From Methanocellales archaeon (GTDB taxonomy: Archaea > Halobacteriota > JAWCLZ01), in assembly GCA_038850285.1 (NCBI GenBank), contig JAWCMA010000001.1, forward strand, positions 5,922 to 26,957: a stretch of 21,036 bases of DNA, read 5' to 3'. Within the stretch, counting starts at the first letter, position 1; every line of letters starts with the position of its first letter. The notes below the pieces were generated by a model. That model saw only the letters and a program-made list of their open reading frames with translations. It searched no databases and was not told where the DNA came from. Shown one piece after another: positions 7,746-16,380 of this stretch. The position numbers and the translations under genes are program-made.

Positions 7746-10160
7746 TTAGAAAAAATGCTCGAGATTTATTTGTTTCCCCAGCGCTCTCTCTCCCTTTAGT
7801 TCTGCTTGCGAAAAATCAAAATAGTTCAGCACTCTCGAAGCACTAGGCAAAATTTGATTATTAATATAATAATCAATGTCCAGCTGATATTCCTCTCCAT
7901 TAACCCCTATTAATTTATTATTCTCAAAATGCTTAAACATCTCAACAGGGTAAGCCCTCTCGCTCAATATCCCCGAGCCCTTAATAATGATATATCCAAT
8001 CTTTGCACCAACCTCAGCTTTCATCTCCTCTTCCTTGGCTTTTTTAGCAGCAAGCACATGTGCAAGTCGCGACTCATAACTCTCGATATCCTTGGTAAGA
8101 GTTTTATAAATCACCAGATCTTCAAAAGGAATCTTTGCCTCTCGAATCTTCCTTATGGTTTCTTTAACAAGATCCGCAGCTTTAGCGGGATCGCGATCTC
8201 TTAAGATAATTTTAATAACTTCGCTTTGAATGCGCTTCGCCAACTCGCACCAGTCACCTCGCTTCACCTCTAAGCCTTTGACTACCACTTCTCCCTCGCT
8301 AGTTAAACCAGCATAGCGCTTTTTCGCCTCGGTAAAGAATACCACGTCATAGAAATTTTCTATCTCAAGTTCCAGAGGAAATTTAGCTGAAATATGAGCT
8401 GCGAAATCCCTTGCTTTCTCCAATACTTCTTCCTTGCTTTTTGCTCCCGGATATTTTATAAATAAGCTATCAGTATCCCCATATATTACCTCAAGTCCCA
8501 TTACCTCTGCCTCTTTAATCGACTCCTTTATAAAATATCTCCCCCAAGCAGCTGTTGCCTCTGCGCACTCCCGGCGGTACCACCTAGCCGCTGCCCAACC
8601 GGTATAGCCATAGAAGGCATTTGTCAGAACTTTTAAAGTCTGCTGCCTGATATTCAGCAGTCTATACGCAGGAGAATCTCTATCCATTTTAGACATGGCT
8701 TTTTTAAGCTCGCTTCTTTTCTCCACTAAGCTTTTCAAAATATGCGTGAAAAAACCCTCTATATCCTTTCTAAAAATATGACCAACTTCAGGAGCAACGT
8801 AGCCATTTCCTTTTTTCATTAGAGTATCAGGGGATATGTTAAAAGCAATCATAATTGAGGGATACATTGCAGTGAAGTCAAGGCAAACAACATTTTCATG
8901 CACACCTTTCTTTGGCTCAAGGACAAAACCACCCACATAGGTCTCACCACCGCTGCCCTTCGAGGGCACTAACTCGTTAACTTTATATGCCTCAGCTGCT
9001 AAAAACGCTTCAACCTGCCTCCCTCTGCCAATCTTCGAAACCTCATCAAGAGGCAGTCTACTTAACTTAGCTAGTTCATATTGCATCGGCAGAAGATTTT
9101 TAGCTATTTTATAAGCACTCAAAGCATCGTCTCTCGCATAGCACAAAAGCAGCTTGCGCTTCGAACTATCTCTCCAGTATTCACTGATTTCAGCACCGGG
9201 AATGCGCACTCTTTCAGATTTCTTCATAACTCCAAGATACTCAGCAATATTTTCCAAGGTTTTAACCTTCACAATGTTGAGCTGCTGAGCAGCGAGGAAA
9301 TACAAATCAATATTAGGCCGCCCTGAAATTGACACGCGCCTCCTTATCCCTCCAGGTTTAAAGGAGGGCAGACTCCTGTCTTTCCCCACTTCAAGTGGAA
9401 CTTTATACAAGCTTGCTCTTTCTTTAAGATAATACCAGTCAAATTCATCTATATTGTAGCCAACGATCAAATCGGGGTTATATTCTTGAATGAATTTAAC
9501 AAATTTTTTAATCATCTCTCTCTCGGAAAATTCCTCCAGGGAGTAAAGCTGAACTCCCTCTTTAGTTGCAATAGAAATAATCACAATAGGATCAGCCTTT
9601 GGATTTGGCATGCCCTTTGTGCTTGAGCACATTTCACAGTCAAAAGCAGCTATCTTTAACTCAGGAATATCCGCTCTAGGCAAATGCTTAACACTCAGCG
9701 CTTCAATTGCAATATCTCCATATTTCAACTCCCGCTTTTCCCCCTCGACTTCGATTCCATCCATTGGATATAGCCCTCGGTCTATGATATAGCGAACTGC
9801 ATAAAGCACATCAGCTTCTCTAACCTCGCCAAATTGCTCCATCTCCTCTCTAAATGCTGGCACAAGTTGGGGATGCTCAACATAGATCTTAAAAGCCTTC
9901 AAAGGCACTCCAAAATCACGCTTCTCAGTTATTTCAACTTTAACAGGCCTAAAAACCCTATCCCCTTTTACCACTTCCACCTCTCTAAGTTCCGATATAC
10001 CAAGGATTGGATCAGAGGGAATCAAATAGAAATAAGGCTCGAAGTTGCGGTCAAGAATAACAACATCTCTCCCATAATTATCCTTGCACCAGAGCCGCAC
10101 CACAGCCTTGCCATTTTCAGTTATATAATCTGCATCTATTAACCAACCAGTTATCTTCAT
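7746..10160 (-). CDS. polB: family B DNA polymerase (PolB3 type), no intein
   Basis: Exonuclease motifs FDCE, GYNIDEFD, YARDD; polymerase motifs DFTAMYPS, KVLTNAFYGY, YGDTDS, KKRY; C-terminal PIP box QINLEHFF. Confidence 0.97.
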   Translation of the reverse strand: MKITGWLIDADYITENGKAVVRLWCKDNYGRDVVILDRNFEPYFYLIPSDPILGISELREVEVVKGDRVFRPVKVEITEKRDFGVPLKAFKIYVEHPQLVPAFREEMEQFGEVREADVLYAVRYIIDRGLYPMDGIEVEGEKRELKYGDIAIEALSVKHLPRADIPELKIAAFDCEMCSSTKGMPNPKADPIVIISIATKEGVQLYSLEEFSEREMIKKFVKFIQEYNPDLIVGYNIDEFDWYYLKERASLYKVPLEVGKDRSLPSFKPGGIRRRVSISGRPNIDLYFLAAQQLNIVKVKTLENIAEYLGVMKKSERVRIPGAEISEYWRDSSKRKLLLCYARDDALSAYKIAKNLLPMQYELAKLSRLPLDEVSKIGRGRQVEAFLAAEAYKVNELVPSKGSGGETYVGGFVLEPKKGVHENVVCLDFTAMYPSIMIAFNISPDTLMKKGNGYVAPEVGHIFRKDIEGFFTHILKSLVEKRSELKKAMSKMDRDSPAYRLLNIRQQTLKVLTNAFYGYTGWAAARWYRRECAEATAAWGRYFIKESIKEAEVMGLEVIYGDTDSLFIKYPGAKSKEEVLEKARDFAAHISAKFPLELEIENFYDVVFFTEAKKRYAGLTSEGEVVVKGLEVKRGDWCELAKRIQSEVIKIILRDRDPAKAADLVKETIRKIREAKIPFEDLVIYKTLTKDIESYESRLAHVLAAKKAKEEEMKAEVGAKIGYIIIKGSGILSERAYPVEMFKHFENNKLIGVNGEEYQLDIDYYINNQILPSASRVLNYFDFSQAELKGERALGKQINLEHFF

Positions 10161-10224
10161 CTGTTTAAATCAATGCAGCTTAAGACATTAAAATTTATGG
10201 AAAATGGTAAATGAAAGTGAAAGG

Positions 10225-10284
10225 AAATGAAATAAAATAATAAATAAAATAAAATAATAAATGTTGTTAGAGATCTAACAACAT
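10225..10284 (-). terminator. hairpin followed by T-rich tract downstream of the TRAM gene
   Basis: Perfect inverted repeat ATGTTGTTAGA-GA-TCTAACAACAT (10261-10284), followed on the minus strand by about 35 nt of TTATT/TTTTA repeats. Confidence 0.6.
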
Positions 10285-10299
10285 AAATGTCTTCAAAAA

Positions 10300-10503
10300 C
10301 TATACCTTTTCCGCGATTGCGAAATTGCGCTTCACTGTGCTTACTTTAATTTTAACTTCATCGCCAACCTTCGTATTTGGAACGAAGATCACGAATCCCT
10401 GAATCCTCGCAATTCCATCTCCTTCGCGTGCAATATCCTCAATTTTTACATCATACGTATTGCCCACTGCAACAGGGGCAACTTTTTTACTGCCTTTAAA
10501 CAA
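10300..10503 (-). CDS. single-TRAM-domain RNA-binding protein (67 aa)
   Basis: APVAVGNTYDVKIEDIAREGDGIARIQGFVIFVPNTKVGDEVKIKV...FA. True start is probably TTG at 10503 with GAGGTG RBS at 10510-10515. Confidence 0.92.
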   Translation of the reverse strand: MFKGSKKVAPVAVGNTYDVKIEDIAREGDGIARIQGFVIFVPNTKVGDEVKIKVSTVKRNFAIAEKV

Positions 10504-10583
10504 GCTACACACCTCAGATGCAAAAATAGTCTGCATAAAAATGCAGGCCAAGTTTGCAAGCGATTTATATGCACTAGGTAATA

Positions 10584-11189
10584 TTAAAGCCTTCGCTTGC
10601 AAATATCGCTTAAGAAGCAGACTTCGCATTTGGGTTTAATAGGCTTGCAGATACTTTGCCCAAATTTCACAAATAGCTCGTTCATTTGAGACCAGAAATT
10701 AACGGGGACAATTCTCTTAAGCTCGGCCTCAGTTTGATCTGGAGACCTGCTATTCACCAAGCCTAGTCTGTTTGAAATTCTATGCACATGGGTGTCAACA
10801 GGCAAGGCATTTTTCCCAAAGCCATAAGCTAGCACACAATTCGCTGTTTTCCTTCCAACTCCAGGCAGCTTCAGTAATTCCTCAATAGAATCAGGTACTT
10901 CTCCACCGAACTTATCAATAATTATTTCCGCAACTGCTTTAATTCGCTTTGCCTTCACCCTATAAAAACCCACTTTTTTAATATTTTCCTCTATATCACG
11001 AATCTCTGCAGAAGCAAGTTCTCTAGCACTCTTAAATTTAGAGAATAACTTCTCCGCAGCGGCAAGAGTATTTTCATCTTTAGTGCGATGCGATAAAATA
11101 GTGAAGATAAGCACCTTAAAAGGCTCTGCTCTATAGCTTCCAGTAGAATAATTTGCAGCAAGCCTTTTAATAATCTCCTCAATCGTCAT
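10584..11189 (-). CDS. nth: endonuclease III
   Basis: HhH motif LLKLPGVGRKTA, PVDTHVHR, 4Fe-4S motif C-x6-C-x2-C-x5-C. Confidence 0.96.
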   Translation of the reverse strand: MTIEEIIKRLAANYSTGSYRAEPFKVLIFTILSHRTKDENTLAAAEKLFSKFKSARELASAEIRDIEENIKKVGFYRVKAKRIKAVAEIIIDKFGGEVPDSIEELLKLPGVGRKTANCVLAYGFGKNALPVDTHVHRISNRLGLVNSRSPDQTEAELKRIVPVNFWSQMNELFVKFGQSICKPIKPKCEVCFLSDICKRRL

Positions 11190-11273
11190 CTTAGAAGAAA
11201 TTAGTACAATGCTAATTATTTTTAACTCATACTTACTTATTTATCAAAAATTAAATTAAAAAACTTAATTCAA

Positions 11274-11963
11274 ATGAGCGAGGCTGAGAACATAAAAGTC
11301 ATAAAAATCCCCACCAGATGCAAGCCAATCGATGATCTCCTAGGCGGGGGAATAGAAGCAGGCACTATAACCCAAATCTATGGAGAGGCGGGAAGTGGAA
11401 AAACCAATTTATGCCTGCAGCTTGCAATTGAATGTGTGAAGAGTGGAAAAAAGGTGATATTCATAGACACAGAGGGCTTTTCACCCGAGCGATTTTCACA
11501 GATCGCTGGGGAAAATGCAAGGGGGATCGCTCAAGATATCTTCATTTTTGAACCACTAACATTTGAAGAGCAGTGGAGCGCAATCAAGGATGCTGAGAGA
11601 CTCATAAAGAAAAACGTTGGCTTAATAATAATCGATTCCCTAGTGTCCTACTACCGCTTTGAGCTGGATGAAGAGCGAAGTCTGCATTTAAAGCGCGAGC
11701 TTGCAAATCAACTTACCCATTTACTTAGCCTCGCTAGGAAGTATAACATAGGCGTCGCCATTACAAATCAAGTGTATACTGATGTCGTCACCGATGAACT
11801 TAAAGCCGTAGGAGGCACTATACTGGAGCATCTTTCAAAGGTAATAATAAAACTGGAAAAACTAGGTGAAAGTGGAAAAAGAAGAGCCACAATTGAAAAA
11901 CATCGCTCCAGACCAGAGCATCTTTCTGCAGAGTTTACCATCACAGCTAAAGGGCTAGAATAA
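11274..11963 (+). CDS. radB: DNA repair and recombination protein RadB
   Basis: Walker A GEAGSGKT, IDTEG, IIDS, TNQV, C-terminal KHRSRPE basic patch; lacks the RadA N-terminal domain. Confidence 0.95.
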   Translation: MSEAENIKVIKIPTRCKPIDDLLGGGIEAGTITQIYGEAGSGKTNLCLQLAIECVKSGKKVIFIDTEGFSPERFSQIAGENARGIAQDIFIFEPLTFEEQWSAIKDAERLIKKNVGLIIIDSLVSYYRFELDEERSLHLKRELANQLTHLLSLARKYNIGVAITNQVYTDVVTDELKAVGGTILEHLSKVIIKLEKLGESGKRRATIEKHRSRPEHLSAEFTITAKGLE

Positions 11964-12099
11964 AAAGAGAAATCCAGATCTTTTTCTAGATTGCGAGAAG
12001 TTGGAAAAAAAAGAGGAGTTCGCTGGAGAAGATTAAGGTGGGGATGAAATTCGAGAAAGCTTATCAACCTAGGACTCTACATAGAAAACTACCGCTACT

Positions 12100-13409
12100 T
12101 TAAAACCCAGCTTCTACGGCATCCTTGCTTTTCATGTACTCCCTGAGCACAGTTGTTGCATATGAACCCTTGGGAAGTGAAAAAGTGAGCAAGAGCTTTT
12201 GCTTTCTAGAGTTGAGCTCATCCATCGAAATCTGGAAACTGGGATTGATCTTCAAAAGCACACTTCGCCTCAATCCTTTTGAGCCTAGCTCCGGCATGAT
12301 TTTAACTTTAAATTCCTGTCCAGTTATCCCAGCTTCACTTAGCACCGCGCGCTCGATCTCACCAGGTTTACCTTCTGAAAGAGGTGCTTCATAACCGATA
12401 ACCGGTGCAGTTATGAAAGCTCTGCCTTTTGCAATTAAACTATTAGTATTATCCAGATTTTCAAATCTCTGGGATTTGGCAATCCATTTTCATCAGCGAA
12501 GCAGACTATATCCCCAAGTAAAGCTTGATTAAGCGGCAGCCCAGCCTTTATTCGCCTGCTTAAAATTCTATTAAAAATAATAGCTTGATAAGCATGGATG
12601 AACATCTGCCTTAAACTCAAAGGAAGCACTTTGAAAGCAGCCTTAAAATCTTGCTGCTTCAATAACTCGTGCAGCATTGCACGTTCATATTTCAAGTAAT
12701 TGGGATAGCGCTTTAATCCACTGCTGAAGTCTTTAGTTTCATAGACATATTCCCTTGCAGCTCTTATTTCCTCAGGCTCCTCTTCGCTTGGCTTAGCGAT
12801 ATATATGAGTGCAGCTTTCTCAAGATCGCCCTCTAAAATTGCTTTCCCAACCTCGCCAGTTATAGGTCTCCTAGTACCAAAGCGCTGGGCTCCAAAAAAA
12901 TTTGGAACTCCACCAGCAGTAAGTAATTCGCTGGTTATCAAACTCGCTCTTTCCTTTAAAACATCAGACTCGAGATCTATATCTCTTATTGCAATTTTAA
13001 ATTGATTGCCCTTGAGATCGCCCAGTGCCACTGGTCTCTCGCTTCTACCCAGAACCTTGAGTTCAATTCCATTCAGCTTTATTTTTTCCAAGTGTTCCTC
13101 GCTAATATTATAGATGCTAATCCGCTGCTTGGTTAATGCTCGTTTGTCCTTAGTGCCAGCGAAGCCTATGCGCTTGTAGCTTATCCCCAGGGACTTTGCA
13201 ATTGCCTTGATAGCTAGGTTGGTCTCCCAGTTTTTCTTGATCAACTCAGCGATCAGAAAATTCCCCCTCTCCCCAATAGCAGCTTTTGAAATTTCCTCAA
13301 CCTTAAAATCCTCTATCAAGCAGCGAAGCTTTCCACCAACACCAGGACTCTTGGTAGCATAGACCTCGATTCCAATCCTTTGCTCAAGGCTATCGAATAC
13401 CTTAATCAA
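12100..13409 (-). pseudogene. truD: tRNA pseudouridine(13) synthase TruD, frameshifted near 12460 (true pseudogene or assembly error)
   Basis: Frame 1 (13409-12435) has EDFKVEE, GFAGTKDKRALTKQ, GNQF, PNFFGAQRFG, HAYQ. The C-terminal part ENLDNTNSLIAKGRAFITAP...FSLPKGSYATTVLRE continues in the -1 frame to the stop at 12100. Confidence 0.85.
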
Positions 13410-14823
13410 CTCCTTCCACTAATTGTCTGCCTTCAGCTAGAATTTTATTTAGAATTTCTACACTTGCCGCTTCGCCGTAAATTCTAACAACAGGCTCGGT
13501 GCCTGAGGGTCGAATCAGCAGCCACGCGCCATCTTTTAAAGTTAGCTTTAAACCATCAAGGGTACTAATACTCACGACCTCGTATCCCGCAATTTCTCTT
13601 GGAACTTGGAGCTTAAGCTTTTCAATTAATCTTTGAATCTCCCTCGTTTGAAATCCCACGCTAATTCTACCAAAAAATAAATCGCCATATCTTTTTTTAA
13701 GATCCAGCACAAGCTGTGAGAGAGGTTTCTTAGCAGCCGCAATCATTTCAGCTAGGAAAAGTGCAGTCAGCAGTCCATCTTTTTCAGCAACGTGGCCGCG
13801 AAAACAAACCCCTCCGCTTTCTTCCCCCGCAATTAAACCGTTTTTCTCGATCATAGCCTTTGCTAGCCATTTAAATCCAACAGGGGTTTCAATTAGCCCA
13901 ATGCCGTGAGCTTCAGCTATCTTGTCTACTAAATGAGTTGTGGCAATAGAGCGAACTATAGCTCCTTCGCTTGAACTTGCCTTGCCAGCAACATAACTTG
14001 CAAGGAGACTAAATACCATATTAGGAGAAATATAATTACCGCGTTCATCAACAACGCCAATGCGATCTGCATCGCCATCATTTGCAATGCCCAAATCCAC
14101 GCTGTGCTTAATTACTGCTTGCTTAAGCTCGCTGAGAAATCTCTCCTCAGGATTAGGCTCCATCCCGCTAAAGCCTGGATCAGCCCAGTTATGGATCTCT
14201 ATAACCTCGCATCCAACATCTTTTAAAAGCGTTGGAAGATAGCTCCTTGAAGTGCCAAAAAGTGCATCGTGAATTATCCTCAGTCTGGCATTTCTAATTA
14301 AAGCTATATCCACAAGACTTAAAACGTGCTTTCTATAATCTTCAAATGGATCCAATTCTCCCAGCAAACCGCGATTTTTTGCCTCCTGAAGCTCTATCTT
14401 TTGCACGTTCTCAAAAGTTAACATTTGAATGTTCCTTTCAATCACATCTGTAACTTCTGGAAGAGCAGGTGCCGCTGTTTCCGGAATGAATTTAATACCA
14501 TTATACATCGGTGGATTATGTGAAGCAGTAACCATAATAGCTCCTCCAAGTTGTCTATATTTAACTGAAAAGACAATCATCGGAGTAGGTAGATCTCTCG
14601 TTGGTAAAAGTACTGAGATATTATTTCCACACAGCACACTCGCAGCTGTTTCTGCATAAAGCCGGCTATTCCTCCTTGTATCAAAGCCCACAATTATTGC
14701 TTTGCTGCATAGATTTCGCTCAGCCAGATAATCAGCTATAGCTTGAGCTACCAAACCAACGCGTTCAGTGGTAAATTCACTATCCATGACTGCACGCCAA
14801 CCATCGGTACCGAATTTGATCAT
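13402..14823 (-). CDS. phosphoglucomutase/phosphomannomutase family protein
   Basis: FGTDGWR, TASHNP (phosphoserine), DGDADR (metal binding), GEESGG, RPSGTEP. Confidence 0.95.
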   Translation of the reverse strand: MIKFGTDGWRAVMDSEFTTERVGLVAQAIADYLAERNLCSKAIIVGFDTRRNSRLYAETAASVLCGNNISVLLPTRDLPTPMIVFSVKYRQLGGAIMVTASHNPPMYNGIKFIPETAAPALPEVTDVIERNIQMLTFENVQKIELQEAKNRGLLGELDPFEDYRKHVLSLVDIALIRNARLRIIHDALFGTSRSYLPTLLKDVGCEVIEIHNWADPGFSGMEPNPEERFLSELKQAVIKHSVDLGIANDGDADRIGVVDERGNYISPNMVFSLLASYVAGKASSSEGAIVRSIATTHLVDKIAEAHGIGLIETPVGFKWLAKAMIEKNGLIAGEESGGVCFRGHVAEKDGLLTALFLAEMIAAAKKPLSQLVLDLKKRYGDLFFGRISVGFQTREIQRLIEKLKLQVPREIAGYEVVSISTLDGLKLTLKDGAWLLIRPSGTEPVVRIYGEAASVEILNKILAEGRQLVEGVD

Positions 14824-14836
14824 CTCTTCACCTAAA

Positions 14837-14909
14837 TAGTCCCGGGCGGATTCGAACCGCCGTCGCCGGCTCCAAAGGCCAGCAGGATTGACCGCTACCC
14901 CACGGGACT
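14837..14909 (-). tRNA. tRNA-Gln (UUG)
   Basis: AGTCCCG...CGGGACT-A acceptor stem; anticodon arm CTGGC-CTTTGGA-GCCGG; T-loop GTTCGAATC; CCA not encoded. Confidence 0.97.
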
Positions 14910-14982
14910 TCTTAAAATTTATTTTATTTTAAATATTGATATTTCTAGTTATCTATATCGTATAATAATTTATATGACAAAA

Positions 14983-15056
14983 TGGGCTCGACCGGATTCG
15001 AACCGGTGAACTTCGCCGTGTGAAGGCGACGTCATAACCAACTAGACCACGAGCCC
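14983..15056 (-). tRNA. tRNA-Val (CAC)
   Basis: GGGCTCG...CGAGCCC-A acceptor stem; anticodon arm TCGCC-TTCACAC-GGCGA; T-loop GTTCGAATC. Confidence 0.97.
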
Positions 15057-15132
15057 CTTCGATTTATTGATAGATAATATTAGATATTAAATTATCGACC
15101 CATATCAATATGTATTATATATCATTTATCAC

Positions 15133-15148
15133 CGCAAAGCTTATATTT
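15133..15148 (+). promoter_or_regulatory. BRE/TATA promoter candidate for xerA
   Basis: CGCAAAGC-TTATATTT about 85 nt upstream of the start codon. Confidence 0.5.
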
Positions 15149-15177
15149 ATTTCGAGATTATACAAATAATGCGAAAT
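15149..15177. promoter_or_regulatory. degenerate second Xer-binding/dif-like site
   Basis: ATTTCGAGATTA-TACAAA-TAATGCGAAAT: same arm motif and 6-bp spacer as 15199-15226, with one extra base in the left arm. Confidence 0.5.
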
Positions 15178-15198
15178 ATTAAATAATTTAGATAAAAA

Positions 15199-15226
15199 AT
15201 TTCGGATTACGCTGGTAATCCGAAGA
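15199..15226. promoter_or_regulatory. dif-like tyrosine recombinase site (11-6-11)
   Basis: ATTTCGGATTA-CGCTGG-TAATCCGAAGA; perfect inverted arms TTCGGATTA/TAATCCGAA around an asymmetric 6-bp core, 5 bp before the xerA ATG. Confidence 0.65.
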
Positions 15227-15231
15227 AGGGG

Positions 15232-16080
15232 ATGGATATGGAAGTGCAGGATAGTGAATTGGAAGTTTTCTTAAACGAGAAAAAAATTGTATTATCGCCA
15301 CTTGCATTAAAGCAATATAAACAAATTCTATCCGAATTGAGAAAATTCTCTGGAAAAGAGCTTAAATCTGTCACAAAATTAGATATAGTAAGTTTTTTAA
15401 GCCATCTTTATAATAAAAATCTTAAGAAAAGCAGTATTTCGACCTATCAGCGTATCATTAAATCTTTCTATGGTTATCTCTATGAAAACAAATTACTTCC
15501 TGAAAACCCCTGCAGGAATCTCTATAATGTTAAGCCTGAGGGAAAAGCACCTGTATATTTAACATTAGAAGAAGTGGAGTTACTTTTGAATGCTGCAAAA
15601 AATCCTCGAGACAGACTTATTTTTCAAATTCTATATGCCACTGGTTTGCGTGTCAGCGAGCTCATTAATATTCGCTATAGCAATATAGATTTTAAGAATT
15701 GCACTATCAAGGTATTTGGAAAGGGATCTCGAGAGCGATATGTACTAGTTAGAGAGGAACTAATGGGTGAAATTAAGTGTTTTTGCGAGGTGAATAAAAA
15801 AAGTGATATGGATAGATTATTTAACATCACTGCAAGAGCAATAGAATTAAATATAAAAAAGGCTGCCAAGCAAGTTGGTATTAGGAAAGAGGTTACCCCT
15901 CATAAATTGAGGCATAGCTTTGCCACGCATATGCTTCAGAGGGGAGCGGATATAAGAGCGATTCAAAAACTTTTAGGTCACTCTTCATTGAATACCACCC
16001 AGATTTATGCAGACTACAGCATTGAGGATTTGAAGAAAATTTATAATCGAACTCATCCTCTTAAAGTTAAACCAATCTAA
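15232..16080 (+). CDS. xerA: XerA-like site-specific tyrosine recombinase
   Basis: SAM-like N-domain; full catalytic set TGLRVSEL (R), GKG (K), HKLRH (H-x-x-R), LGH (H), TQIY (Y); 282 aa. Confidence 0.88.
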   Translation: MDMEVQDSELEVFLNEKKIVLSPLALKQYKQILSELRKFSGKELKSVTKLDIVSFLSHLYNKNLKKSSISTYQRIIKSFYGYLYENKLLPENPCRNLYNVKPEGKAPVYLTLEEVELLLNAAKNPRDRLIFQILYATGLRVSELINIRYSNIDFKNCTIKVFGKGSRERYVLVREELMGEIKCFCEVNKKSDMDRLFNITARAIELNIKKAAKQVGIRKEVTPHKLRHSFATHMLQRGADIRAIQKLLGHSSLNTTQIYADYSIEDLKKIYNRTHPLKVKPI

Positions 16081-16110
16081 CTTCTTTACCCCCCCACTAT
16101 TTCTATGTGC

Positions 16111-16314
16111 TAGATACATTATAATTATATTCATATTAAAAAAATTTTATTTATTTTTTTTATTTTATTTATTTTTTTAAAGTATATCTTATATCATATA
16201 TTTGAAAAGATATATGATATATATTTTTAAAAAAAAGAAAAAAATAAAAAATCTAATATTATTTTTTAAAAAATAATTTAAAAAAAGCAATTAAGTGAGA
16301 GTTTGATTTAAAAT
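16111..16314. other. extremely AT-rich non-coding tract with central inverted repeat
   Basis: T-rich left half and A-rich right half; perfect 12-bp inverted repeat TATATCATATAT-N8-ATATATGATATA at 16190-16221. Confidence 0.7.
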
Positions 16315-16380
16315 ATGCACGTGAAAACATATTTATATCTCGCTTACATAGGCATTAAAGGCTTGCATGGATGTGATTCG

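Noticed and set aside
10225-10262. CRISPR or satellite array in the AAATA repeats
   Set aside because: Short, irregular low-complexity tract without spacers; better explained as a U-rich terminator on the minus strand.
10504-10629. N-terminal extension of the TRAM ORF in the ORF track
   Set aside because: It overlaps nth and the promoter region; a strong RBS sits in front of TTG 10503.
12435-12490. Programmed -1 frameshift or a cbf5-like BHB mRNA intron in truD
   Set aside because: There is no canonical X-XXY-YYZ slippery heptamer at the junction. The local hairpin (AGATTT-GA-AAATCT) is not a BHB. The protein already appears shorter than homologues here, so splicing would remove more conserved sequence.
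16315-16380. N-terminal extension of the HTH ORF
   Set aside because: It spans the probable TATA box; the RBS and domain start fit ATG 16381.
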